Of a stretch of DNA of 64,000 nt, positions 26,542 through 38,770 are shown one piece after another. Origin of the DNA: Sphyrna mokarran (taxonomy: Eukaryota); assembly GCA_024679065.1 (NCBI GenBank), contig JAGIQG010000005.1:99572001-99636000 (forward strand), written 5' to 3'. Numbering within the stretch: the stretch's first letter is position 1; every line of letters begins with the position of its first letter. The translations under genes and the position numbers were made by a program. Below the pieces are notes generated by a model, which worked only from the letters and a program-made list of their open reading frames with translations, had not been told where the DNA came from and did not search any database.

Positions 26542-26613
26542 GGACTTACGATTCAATAAAATCAAAGATATTCCATCTGGAGCCTTCAGGCGTTTGAAGC
26601 ACCTCAACACACT
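26542..26613 (+). CDS. PXDN: Peroxidasin LRR exon (corresponds to vertebrate PXDN exon 2): (x)DLRFNKIKDIPSGAFRRLKHLNT(L)
   Basis: 72-bp exon with a polypyrimidine tract and cag acceptor (ttctatttctgtttccatcag) and a gtaagt donor, phase 2-2. The peptide closely matches the peroxidasin LRR as I recall it ([24 protein letters not shown]). PXDN versus PXDNL cannot be settled with certainty from 48 aa. Confidence 0.9.
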
Positions 26614-26659
26614 GTAAGTGCCTCTTCGCTAACTTCCTCATCTATGTTTTGTTCGATAA

Positions 26660-27125
26660 GTTTTAGGAGATTTACAAGGATAAGGATTTGCCTGGATTGG
26701 GTGGCATGCCTTATGAGGATAGGTTGAGGGAGCTTGGTCTTTTCTCCTTAGATGAAGGATGAGAGGTGACTTGATAGAAGTGTATAAGATGTTGAGAGGT
26801 ATAGATCAGGTGGATTCTCGGATGCTTTTTCCAAGAGCTGGAATGGTTGCTACAAGAGGACGCAGGTTTAAGGTGCTGCAGAGTAGGTACAGAGGAGATA
26901 TCAGGGGTAAGTTTTTCACTCTGAGGATGCTGGGTGAGTGGATTCGGCTGCCGTCAGTAGTGGTGGAGGCAAATTTTTAGGATCTTTCAGGAGGCTTCTG
27001 GATGAGTACATAGGACTTATTAGAATTGGGGGTTGTAGGTAAACCTAGTAGGTATGGATATCATTAGCGCAGTTTGTGGGCCAAAGAGCCTGTTTGTGCT
27101 GTAGTTTTTATATGTTCTATGTTCA
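26660..27125 (+). mobile_element. CR1 3' end immediately downstream of the PXDN exon
   Basis: RGDLIEVYKMLRGID..RGKFFT; (TGTTCTA)n tail. Confidence 0.85.
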
Positions 27126-27667
27126 AGTTCCAAGAGACAGCATAGCTCTGCAAGACTTGTGCAATTTCTGTGTTATTCAAGTTGCCACAAAACAAAATTA
27201 TTGCAGAATGATATAAAGTGAGCATCCATTCCACTGTAATAACCTTCAGCCAAATGCAAGTAAAAGAGCCCAAAGTAATGTTTGCCATTACTGTTTGCAG
27301 CATTGTTTGTTTGAATTTGTATGACATTGGAATACCTGTAGAAAAAGGTGCCATGATAATTCATAGAATCATAGAATCCCTACAGTGCAGAAAGAGATCA
27401 TTTGGCCCATTGAGCCTGCACCGACCACAATCTCAACCAGGCCCTATCCCCATAACTTACCCTGCTAACAGGCAATTTAACATGACAAATAATCAGCACA
27501 ACGTTGGATATAATTAATTTATAAAGCACAGGATTCTGTTTTTGCTGTTTAGTAGCCAAACATGATCATGAAATTTATGCAGATATAATTAAAATTTGTC
27601 AAGCTATCTCCTCCTTATCTCTCCAGTCAGTGCTGGGCTTAATACTTTCACAGCATGAACCAAACAG

Positions 27668-27850
27668 TGGGTTTCCTCCGGGTGCTCCGGTTTCCTCCCA
27701 TAGTCCAAAAGATGTGCTGGTTGGATGCGCTTGCGATGCTAAAGTCTCACTCAGTGTACCCTGACAGGTGCCGGAGTATGATGACTGGGGGATTTTCACA
27801 GTAACTTCATTGCAGTGTTAATGTAAGCTCACTTATGACATTAATAAATG
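27668..27850 (+). mobile_element. 5'-truncated V-SINE with alternative tail
   Basis: GTGGGTTTCCTCCGGGTGCTCCGG.. followed by GATTTTCACAGTAACTTCATTGCAG..; a separate HE1 tail piece lies at ~27361-27490 (-). Confidence 0.7.
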
Positions 27851-27854
27851 AATA

Positions 27855-28190
27855 TCACTTTTACCTGAATCAGAAGGCTTGAACTCAATTCTACTTGGCT
27901 TGGGCACATAAATCTGAGCTGACATAACAGTGCAACTCTGAAGGACTGCTGCAGTGTTACGGATGGTGTATTTTAGATGTGAAATGATATTGTCTGTTAG
28001 GCATTCTTGACTAAAACTGGTTAAGTATTCATTTAGCTTGATGCTGTTTGTTGGATTTTGCTGAGTGTAGACTGTGATTTATTTATGTCTATATGATGAG
28101 TGACTGCACTTGAGAAACACAATTAATTAGTTGTGAAGTACTTGGACGTACTCTGGGAGAAAGGTACAGTAGAAATACAAAATTATTTTC
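27855..28190 (+). mobile_element. Deu-domain SINE, decayed
   Basis: CTGAATCAGAAGG..GCTGACA..GTGACTGCACTT..TGTGAAGTACTTGGACG layout; a further tail piece lies at ~4805-4983. Confidence 0.5.
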
Positions 28191-28954
28191 TTGGTTCATG
28201 GCATAGTTTGTTTTAAACTTTACTTGGAGTGTTAAAGGTTCTGTTCTGTCCAGTACTCTGGAGCTGGATTTTCAGGATGGAGGTGGGAGTAGGAGGCAGG
28301 TTTGTTTCTTGGTCGTGAACACCCTCTTCCACCTGCCCAAGAGAGGTAGAAACTGTCTGGTACCCAGTGGATGTGAACTGTCCATGTGGGCTGATATTGT
28401 TACCCAGTTACTGGATTAGTGGGGCAGGGGAAGAGAACAGGAAGGGCGCAGGGCCATTGGAAATGCAGACCAATTCTGACTCTGGCAAACATTCCTATGC
28501 TCCTGTTTGAATAATAACGTTGATAAAATGGAATGTACTAATTTTTCACATTCTGGAGGACATGAAAGCTGGGATAATGTAAGAATATAAGAATTTCTGA
28601 AACATTTCCTGTGATGAGGTAGGCCACCTTTGTTCCTCTTTGCCTCTTCACTATGACATGTCAGTTGACCTCTGGCATTCAAAATGCCACCAACCCTGTT
28701 CTCAGCACCCTTGAGATGGTCTGCATTACATAGCGCCTCCAGGCTGCAGTGAAAATTTGTAAATAATCAAGGGTGAGCTCCCTGGTGAGCTTCTTGTGTG
28801 TCTTAATTGGCCTACTCATTGCTGCAGGTGAGTTTACAACCTCACCCTCCTCCTATTCTCTACTTGCCTTCTTGAAAGACGCTGGGCTGAGGTGGCAGAT
28901 CAGCTGTCAGCACCATCTTGTCAGTTGCCCATCTTTGTTCTGACTTGGTTTGAC

Positions 28955-29633
28955 ATCCAAAAGTAGACAAAGTAGAAAGGATTGAGAGCTTCAAGTTTTT
29001 AGGTGTCCAGATCACCAACAACCTATCTTGGTCCCCCCATGCTGGCACTATAGTGAAGAAAGCCCACCAATGCCTTCACTTTCTCAGAAAGCTAAGGAAA
29101 TTTAGTATGTCAGCTACGACTCTCACCGACTTGATAGATGCACTATAGAAAGCATTCTTTCTGGTTGTATCACAGCTTGGTATGGCGCCTGCTCTGCCTA
29201 AGACTACAAGGAACTACAAAAGATCATGAATGTAGCCCAATCCATTACGCAAACCAGCCTCCCATCCATTGACACTATCTATACTTCCTGCTGCCTCGCC
29301 AAAGCAGCCAGCATAATTAAAGACTCCACATACCTCGGATATTCTCCCTTCTTCCTCCTTCCTTCCTTCCTTTCTTCCTTCGGGAAGATCACACAAAAGT
29401 CTGAGGTCATGTACCAACTGACTCAAGAACAGCTTCTTTCCTGCTGCTGTCAAACTTTTGAATGGATCTACTTTGCATTAAGTTGATCTTCCTCAACACC
29501 CTAGCTATCACTGTAACACTACATTCTGCACTCTGTCTATGAACAGTGTGTTTTGTCTGTCTCATGCACAAGAAACAACACTTTTTTCCATTATGTCAAT
29601 ACATGTGACAATAATAAATCAAATCAAATCAAG
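28955..29633 (+). mobile_element. Rex1/Babar LINE 3' fragment
   Basis: Colinear with 4150-4800; ends GTGACAATAAT(AAATC)n. Confidence 0.8.
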
Positions 29634-29696
29634 AATTCTGCCCCTGATTTCTAGATTTCAGGGTATTTGGGTCTTGATAGTATTCGTTTACTTAAG

Positions 29697-30006
29697 TCAT
29701 AGAATCCCCACAGTGCAGAAGATGGTCATGCAGCCTATTGCATCTATATCGACAACAACCCCATCCAGGTCCTATCGCCATAACTCCAAGTTTTTATCCT
29801 GGTAATCCCTCTAACACCCAAGAGTTAATTTGGCACAGCCAATTCACCTAATCTGTACATGTTTGCACAGTGGGAGGAAACTGGAGCATCGGGAGGAAAC
29901 TCACGCAGAAGCAGGGAAAATGTGCAAACTCCACACAGTTAATTACCCAAGGCCGGAATTGACTGGGACTCTGGTGCTGAGACAGCAATGCTAACCACTG
30001 TGGCAC
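29697..30006 (-). mobile_element. V-SINE (HE1-like)
   Basis: Head, V-domain and CR1-type tail. Confidence 0.75.
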
Positions 30007-30441
30007 CTGCTTGTCTTCCTATTCCTTAGTGCTTAACTTGCTGCTATCCAAAACATCTTTTAATCTCTGTTGCACCGAATTCCTCAAACTTCACCTTCAC
30101 ACAGCTCCCCAGAAAAGGGTTCTCTTGTCCTAATAAACAGCCTCTTAATTTTCAAATTAGCTAATATTCTGGCCCAATCCTTAACTCATTTTCTACTTGA
30201 CCATTCCAGTCATTGTCATTATTTGGATTGATACTGACTTGTTTATTCTTTATTCTTTTTTATTTATCCTTTTTTTCTCTTGTCATCTGTGGCTCAGTTG
30301 GTGGCCTCTGAATCATAAAGTTCCAGGTTCAAGTTCCACTCTAGGGCTGAACCTCCAATGCAGTATTAAGGAAGCATCTTTCAGAGGAGATGTTAAACTG
30401 AAGCCTTGTCTGGCTGCTAGGTGGATGAAAAAGATCCCATG

Positions 30442-31219
30442 TGTTAAGACTCAAGCTAGAACCTCCACGGTGTTTTATGAAAATAGCCTAGACCCACATT
30501 TTTAGATTTGAATTTGGCATGGGTGAACATAAGGTGTTTTACTCCAGGTATAATTCTTTTGATCCACTAGAAGCTTTTATCGAACAAAATTTAAACAGAG
30601 TGAAAATATAATAAAAAAGATTTACTAATACTTTTACCAGTTATAAGAATCAGACATGATATGGTATAAACCTTAACAGCTAGCTATCTATGATGTTCAA
30701 AATCAAATAACATCCCACAAACACCCAATTTTATGGACTTAGCGCAAAAACAAGTGTGCTCATGTGATGCTGGATTTTGCAGCATTTTAACGCTTCCTGT
30801 GAATTGGTCCTTTCAATATTGGATTAAAACTCTGAAGCTTTCCAGTCCTTGAATTTTTAGCACACCTCTGGAGGGGGGGGAGAGAGAGAGAGACTGTTTT
30901 CTGTCTCAAGTTCAAACAGGATCTGAGAAAAGCTAAACTAAAACCATGGATTTTTCTGTTGGGGTGGCGGGGGGGGAACTAGTCCCAGGCTTCACCTGAC
31001 CTGTCAATCATATTCACTCAGCAATTCCAAAACTGTCATAAATCCCCAGGACACCCCATTGGCCCAGATTAAAAATAAACATGACGCCATGATATTGCTT
31101 CAGCAACAATTAGAGGACACCAGCTGCAGACAAAATGGTGCCAATAAAATGCTTGGACCTGCTTGAAAAACCTTCAGAGAAACATGATTGAAATATATTT
31201 CTCAAAGGCACACGTGACA
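30442..31219. mobile_element. Probable solo LTR inserted in a Deu-SINE
   Basis: 778 bp bounded by TGTTAAG...CGTGACA (TG..CA, short inverted termini). It interrupts the Deu-SINE at AAAGATCCCATG, and ATG is repeated at the junctions. No ORF. Confidence 0.5.
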
Positions 31220-31228
31220 ATGTTTCAA

Positions 31229-31980
31229 AGCATGAGGGGTCACGGGCTTAGGGTGAGGGGGGTAAGGTATAATTTGGATGCTAGAGGGAGTTTTTACACA
31301 CAGAGGGTGGTGGGGGTATGGAATGCACTGTCAAGTAAAGTGGTGGAGGCAGGCACTCTGGAGTTATTTAAGAAATACTTAGATGGGCACATGAACAGAA
31401 TGGGAATGGAGGGGTATAGAAAACTGATTTAAAATAGGGATCATGAGCCTTGGGAGTCCCTGGGAAGTGTGTAAATAGATGATGATATTGATGTACTTGT
31501 TTTTATCCTACAGGTGCTTTGGTCCACCTTGTTGTCTAACGAGGGGCATACACGCGATGGGTCGTGAGAGGGCTGCTCTTGGATCTTTTTCGAGAGTATC
31601 CTACTGCTTCACATCGTTAGTGTATGCTTGACCTGGACCATCTGATGGGCAACACGACAGCTCAGTGACTATCGCTGTGCTGTGCAGATACATGGATTTG
31701 GGCCAGTGTCTGTGGGAGTTTGCGCATTCTCCCCGTGCTTGCGTGGGTTTTCTCCGGGTGCTCCGGTTTCCTCCCACATCCCAAAGATGTGCTCTTAGGC
31801 TAATTGGCAAAACAAATTCTCCCTAAATTGTCTCAAATTTGGTTTTTAATCCATAGATCCATAAACATGGACAGGGATCGCGGATAGAAGTGGGAACATC
31901 GAGGTAGTGGCACAGGCTCGTTGGGCCGAAGGGTCTGTCTCCCGTGCTGTTTTGTTTTGTTCTTTTGTTCTTTGTTGTTC
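31229..31980 (+). mobile_element. CR1 3' end with an extended ~550-nt 3' UTR containing a V-SINE remnant, copy 1
   Basis: ORF2 C-terminus RGHGLRVRGVRYNLDARGSFYTQRVVGVWNAL..YRKLI* (stop at 31432), then unique sequence, a V-domain (~31706-31810) and a CR1 terminal hairpin with a (TTGTTC)-like tail. Colinear with 61234-62186. Confidence 0.85.
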
Positions 31981-33978
31981 AGAGCAGGGGAGTTAGCCAG
32001 GATACTCGGGATAATACTTATTCTTCAAGCAGCATAAAAAAAATAGGCTAACAACAGGTGCTATCACATTTTTGTTTGTGGGAGTTTAATGAGCATGCAT
32101 TAATTGCCACATTTCTTGCATTACAACAGTGACTGCTGCACTTTTTAAAAAAGCACTTCATTGCTGTAAAATGCTTTGAGATGTCCGACGGTGTTGCAAA
32201 GTAGTGTATGAATACAGATCTTTTTTTTTCTCTTTCTTGTTCAGTCATTTGCAAGATAGGAAATGAAAGCTACCAAAAGAATGTTTGCATTTATATAGAA
32301 GCTTCCCTGTCTTCAAAACATCACAAGGTGTTTCATTTACACTGAATTATTCTGAAATGCTCTGCGTGGAATTGCAGTAAAATGTCAAGCATAATGCATC
32401 AAGAAGGTTCCCACAGACTGCCGCTGGATAAATAATTATTAATTGTTTTTTCTTAATAGCTGAGAAAGGGATATTGGTCAATTTTTTTTAAAGATCAGAA
32501 TATCATTCTTTTGTTCAAACAAGAACATGTGATTTTATACCATTGGAACAGGCAAATGAGACTCTGGTTAGTGTTTCATCTTAAGAGCCAAATCTATGAC
32601 ATTGCAGCACACCTTACGTATTCAAGTGGAATGCTGTCATGTCAATTTATTCAACATTTGTTTATTATAATCATTGGCTGCATTATTGTTTTTGCCTCGC
32701 ACTATGCCTGAGTTCTATTTATCTAAGGTTCATCTAAAGAAATTGATGTTGAATTTCCTGAGTCTTGGCTCTTTCTAACACTGAAGCCCTATGACACACA
32801 TGCATAAAAATGTTTAAGTATTACTGTTTAATTCTGGCAAAATGTGTCACATTGGCAAGATTGTTCTCTTACCAACTTTTCAAAGGTAGGACAAGTCAGA
32901 CAATACGTCTCTGCTTTTAGACCAAGAATAAATGTCAACTTAATTGCAAATAATGTTTGATAGACACAGGAGAACACAAACAGGTACTAATGTCACAAAT
33001 ATTTTGAAAATGACTGAATTAATCCCAAACTAGAAAACATATGTTTTAAAATATAATCCTTAGACATTGTGGTAACAACATTCTGGAAAGAATTATTTAT
33101 AGTTGTTAAGTCCACCCCACACATGCACACACTTCTCCCCCTCCCTCCATCTCTATCTCTGTGCCACTTGATATTGGCTGCAGTCAGAGTGAACAGTATC
33201 TTCACAACTCCTTGGGATGAATCTGCCAGGTGGGAACAAACGCATTGCCATCGTAGCTTAACCATCGGGAGGAGAACACAAGTGATACCCAAGTACCTTA
33301 TGCTTATAAGGGTGCCCCGTTAGTCAGCTGCATGTGCTGACCCTGAACACCACCTACCTGAAAGTATCCTCTCATTTTATCATAAGCACTTACTTAGTTC
33401 TGTTTAGGATTTGAATAGAGGAGGTTCATGCAGAGTGTTCAGAATCCAAAGGTTCATCAGGAAATCTGAATCTAAAGTGATGAAATGTAACCAACTAGTC
33501 AGAACCATTGAAGGCTATTCAGTATTTAGGAAGAACAGATAGAAAGGAAAAGATAGTAAAGTTGCATTGTTGATTAAAGATGACATTGATACAATATTGA
33601 GGAAAGATATTAGCATAGATGATGTGGGATCTGTATGAGTTAAGAAATAACAAGAGGCAAAAAGCATAAATGGAATGGTAGACAGAACACCAACTATAGC
33701 AGTAATGTTGGGAAAAGCATTAGACAGGAAATCAGAGATGCATATGTTAAAGGAACATCTTTGATTATGGGTGACTTTAATATGCAAATAGATTGGGAAG
33801 ATCAGATTAGTCACAGCAGAATAGAAGATGAATTTCTTGAGTGCGTAAGGAATGGTTTTCTGGAGCACTATGTTGAGGAATCAGCAAGGGAGCAGACCAT
33901 TTTGGACTGGGTTTTGTGCAATGAGAATGGATCAGTTGCATTCTAGTGTGAGGAAACACTTGTGGATAAGGGACCATA

Positions 33979-35565
33979 GAGTTTACATCATGGCCTTTGG
34001 CCCAATTTGTCCATGCTGCCCTTTCTTTTTTTAAAAAACCATAAGGTAATCCCAATTGCCTGCATTTAGCCCATATTCCTCTACACCAATTTTACCCATG
34101 TAACTGTTTAAATGCTTTTTAAAAGACAAAATTGTATCCACTGCTATCACTACCTCAGGCAGTTTGTTCTAAACACTCACCACCCTCAGTGAAAAAATTG
34201 CCCCTCTGGACACTTTTGTATCGTTCCCCTCTCACCTTAAACTATGCCCTGTAGTTTTAGAGTCCCCTATCTTTGGGAAAAGATATCGACTATCAAGCTG
34301 ATCTGTGCCTCTCATTATTTTATAGGTCTCAATAAGAGCACCCCTCAGCCTTTTACGCTCCAGAGGAAAAAAAGTACCCGTTTATCCAGCCTCAAACCAT
34401 CAAGCCCCAGTAACATCCTAGAAAATTTTTTCTGCACTCTTTCTAGTTTAATAATATCCTTTCTGTAATAGGGTAATCAGAATTGTGCACAGTATCCCAA
34501 GTGTGGCCTTATCAATGTCTTGTACAACTTCAATAAGACATCCCAGCTCTTGTATTCAGTGTTCTGACTGATGAAACCAAGCATGCTGAATGCCTTCTTC
34601 ACTACTCTGTCCACCTGTGACTCTACTTCCAGGGAGCTATGAACATGTACTCTTGTATCTCTTTGCTCTGTAATCTCCTCAATGCCCTCCCATTAACTGA
34701 GTAAGTCCTGTTTTGGTTCAGTCTACCAAAATGCATCACCTCACATTTATCTAAATTAAACTCCATCTGCCATTCGTCAACCCACTGGCCCAATTGATCA
34801 AGATCCCAATGCAATCCTAAATAACATTTTTCATTGTCCACTATGCCACCAATCTTGGTATCATCTGCAAACTTACTAACCATACATGCTATGTTCTCAT
34901 CCAAATCATTAATGTAAATGACAAATAACAGTGGATCCAGCACTGATCTCTGAGACACGCTACTGATCATAGGCCTCCAGTTTGAAAAACAACTCTTTAC
35001 AATCACCCTCTGGCTTCTGTCAAGAAGTCAATTTTGTATCCATTTTGATACCTCGCCCTGGATCCCGTGAGATTTAACCTTGTGCAACAACCTACCATGT
35101 GGTACCTTGTCAAAGGCCTTTGTAAGGTCCATGCAGACAACATTAACTGCACTGTCCTCATCTACTTCTTAGATGAGTTTGAGTTTTCAAAAAACTCGAA
35201 TTAAATTTGTGAGATATGATTTTCCATTCACAAAGCCATGCTGACTGTCCCTCATCAGTCCTTGTGTCTCTGAATGTAGATCCTGTCTCTTAAAAAAATA
35301 CTTTTCAACAACTTACCCACCACAGATATGAAGCTCACTGACCTGTAGTTCCCAGGCTTTTTCCTGCAACCCTTTTTAACAAAGACACCATTTGTCACGC
35401 TCCAGCCTTCAGGCACTTCACCCATTACTATCGAAGATTCAAATACCTCGGCTAGGGGACCTGCAATTTCCTCCCTAGCCTCACATAATGTCCTAGGATA
35501 CACTTCGTCAGGTCCCAGGGATTTATCTACCTTGATGCGCTTTAAGACTAACAGCACCACTTCCT
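33979..35565 (-). mobile_element. Nested CR1 3' 1.6 kb
   Basis: KSLGPDEVYP.. and KFADDTKIGG..WQMEFNLDKCEVMHFG; ACCATA repeated at both junctions (33973-33978 and 35566-35571). Confidence 0.9.
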
Positions 35566-36763
35566 ACCATAATATGGTAGAATTGTTTGTCAAAGTAGAT
35601 AGGGATGTAGTTCATTCTGAGACCAAGGTCCAGAAGCTCAATAAAAGTAAGTATTGGTCGTGTGAGGCATGAATTTACAATGATGGACTCGGAAACGTTA
35701 CTGAAAGCAAAGGCAGTGGCAGACGTTTAAAGGACGAATAGGTGAACTCCAGAAGTTGTTTATTCCAGTTTGGTGGAAGAGTGGTAAGGTACTTGTGGCC
35801 AAACCATGGTTAACAAGGGAAATTAAAGATAGTATCTGATTCAAGGAAGAAGCATACAAATAGGCAAGAAAAAGCAGTAGGCCTGAGGATTGGGAGCAGT
35901 TCAAATTTCAGCAAAAGAAGACCAAGGGATTGATTAAAAAGTTAAAATTAGAGTATGGAAGTAAGCTAACAAGGAACATAAAACCTAACTGTAAACATTT
36001 CTATAGGTATAAAGAGAAGAATATCAACAATAATGAATATAAGCCCCTTACTGTCATAAACAGGAGAATACAAAATGGGGAATAAAGAAATGGCTGAGGA
36101 ATTAAATTTGTATTTTGCTTCAGTCTTCCCAAGGGAAGATCGGAATCATGTACCAGGAGTGCTGAGGAAAACAAGTTTTAGCGAGGAGCTGAAGGAAATC
36201 AGCATTAGTAGAAAAATGGTTTTGCGGAAATTGATGCAATTAAAGGTGGATAAATCTCCAAGGTCTGATAATCTTCATCCCAGAGTACTTAAGGAAGTGG
36301 GTCCTAGAAATAGTAGATCCATTGGTGATTAATTTGCAAAGTTCTCAGAATCTGGATTGTTTCCTACAAATTAGATGTAACTAATGTAAGCCTGCTATTC
36401 AAAAAGTGAGGTACAGAGAAACCAGGGAACCATAGACCAGTGAATCTAACGTCGGTACTGGCAAAGTTGCTGGAGTCTATTATCAAAGATTTCATAACTC
36501 CACCTTTGAAAAGCAGTGGTATAATCAGACAAAGTCAGCTTGGATTTACAAAAGGGAAATCATTCTTGACGAATCTATTGGAATTTTTTGAGTATGTAAC
36601 AAATAGACTTGACCAAGTAGAACCAGTGGATAAAGTTCATTTAGACTTTCAGAAGACTTTCGACAAGGTCTCATGGAAGAGAATACTATGTAAAGTTAAA
36701 GCACATGAGATTGCAGGTAATGTCTTGTATTAGTTAGTAGAGGGGAAGCAATGAGTTAGCACA

Positions 36764-36946
36764 AATTTCCGCAAAACCATTTTTCTACTAATGCTGATTT
36801 CCTTCAGCTCCTCGCTAAAACTTGTTTTCCTCAGCACTCCTGGTACATGATTCCGATCTTCCCTTGGGAAGACTGAAGCAAAATACAAATTTAATTCCTC
36901 AGCCATTTCTTTATTCCCCATTTTGTATTCTCCTGTTTATGACAGT
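36764..36946 (-). repeat. Perfect 183-bp inverted copy of 36050-36232
   Basis: Base-by-base reverse complement; the ORF track shows the same MGNKEMAEELNL..MVLRK peptide on both strands. Confidence 0.95.
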
Positions 36947-38249
36947 CTTTTTCTGATTGGCAGTCAGTGACTAGTGGGATACTGCAGGACCTCATTTGTT
37001 CACATTATATTTTAATGGTTTGGAAGAGGGAACTGAATATATTAACTCCCAATTTGCAGATGATATAAAGTTGGTTGGGAGGGTGAGCTGTGAGGATGAT
37101 AGCAGGATTTGAACAGATTACGTGTGTGGGTATGTGCATGGCAGATGCAGTATAATGTGGAAAAATGTGAGGTTATCCACTTTGGTAACAATAATAAGAA
37201 GACAGATTATTACTTAAACAGGTGTAAATTGAGCAAGGTGAGTGTTCAAAGAGACCTTGGAGTCCCTGTGCATCAGTCACTGAAATTAAGCATGCAGGGA
37301 CAGTAGGCAGTAAAGGTAACAAATGGCATGTTGGTCTTCATAGCGAGAGGATTTGAGTATAGGGATAGAGATGTTTTGCTGTAATTGTATAGGATGTTGG
37401 CGAGGCCACACATGGAATATTGTGTACTGTTTTAATGTCCTTATCTGAGGAAGGATGCCTTGCTATAGAGGGAGTACGGTGGGGGTACCTCGGATGGCAA
37501 GTCTAAGTCAGTTAGGATTATATTCATCTAAAGCTCAGAAGAGTGAGAAGAGGTCTCATCGAAACCTATAAAATTCTAACAGGGTTAGACAGAATAGATT
37601 GAAAAAGATGTTCCCAATAGTGGGGGAATCCAGAAGTAGGGGTCATAGTTTGAGACCTTTTAGGACTGAGGTGAGGAGAAATTTCATCGCTCAGAGGCTG
37701 CTGAACGTGTGAAATTCACTCCTATAGAATGTAGTTGAGGACAAAATGCTATCTAATTTCAATAAGAAGCTAGATCTAGCTCTTGGAGCTAAAGGCATAT
37801 GGGAGATGAAGGGAAAGAGAGCAGGTGGTAGGGAGGAGGAAGAATCATGGTATTGAATTTGATGATCAAAATGAATGGCAATGCAGCCTTTCTGGATGTA
37901 CTGTTTTTTTCCCATAATCAACATTGTTCTTCCATTAGGACTCTTCTGCTGCCACCATCATCTGTTGCCCTCTGAGACACTTGCTACACCTAAACTCCTC
38001 CCTCCACCCTTTTTTGCAGATAATTGCAGCCCCACACCAATCCTCCTCCCACATTCCCCTTTCCTAGACTTAGTCTCCACCTCCAAATTAATTTTTTTAA
38101 TGAACATGCAGGAGATGTAGATTGGGTTCTTGTATTGAAAGTCAGGAGACCAAAATTCCAACAGTTCATCCTGTCTTTGGGAGCAGATTTGTTTCATCTC
38201 CTGGCAAATCAAGTGCCCCCGTGCACCGTAATTCTTACTGCTGGCAGGA

Positions 38250-38770
38250 ATGGAAAATTCCATCCATTTCATTTGTAACAACCTGTATTTCCTTCTCCTA
38301 ATATGATTGTCTAGGTTCCCCTTAAGCAGAACTATACTATTTGCTTCGACCATTTGTTATGGTAGCACTTTCCCCTTTGAATAAAGACATTCCTTCTGGA
38401 TTATGTATTAGATTTCTTGGTCACTATCTTGTCTTGATGGCCACAAGATCTGCTCCTCTTCAGAATAGGAAATATCTCTACATCTCATAATTTTTAAAAA
38501 AGCTTCCATTAGATTACTTCTCAGCTTTTTTTCAATGACTAACGAACCCAGTCTATTCCTTTCCTTTCCTGATATGTATCCTGAGAACATTCCTGGGATC
38601 ACCCTTGTAAATCTGTTCTGCACTTTTCCAGGTGATCAGAACTGCCCAGAGACCTCTATCTGTCGTTTAGGTTCAATAAAGATTGAATCCAACTTTCCTA
38701 CTTATCAATTCTATATTGATTAATTAATATAGCCTTGCTAACCTTTGGTGCAACTTTTTAGTGATTGATT
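38250..38770 (-). mobile_element. CR1 3' fragment, highly decayed
   Basis: QNRFTRVIPG..LRSNLMEAFLKIM. Confidence 0.6.

Larger units (their letters stand above)
30285..32235 (+). mobile_element. Deu-domain SINE (SacSINE1/AmnSINE-like) split by the LTR and CR1 insertions (pieces ~30285-30441, 31220-31228, 31981-32235)
   Basis: tRNA-like head GTGGCTCAGTTGGT..GGTTCAAGTTCC, core GATGTTAAACTGAAG..AAAGATCCCATG, continuation AGAGCAGGGGAG and tail TTACAACAGTGACT..GCTTTGAGATGTCC. Confidence 0.65.
33494..37910 (+). mobile_element. CR1 ORF2 (APE-RT) remnant with a nested CR1 and an inverted duplication
   Basis: IMGDFNMQIDW (APE), MAEELNLYFASVF, QLGFTKGKSFLTNL, DFQKTFDKV and WQMQYNVEKCEVIHFG. Interrupted at 33979-35565 and 36764-36946. 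Confidence 0.9.
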
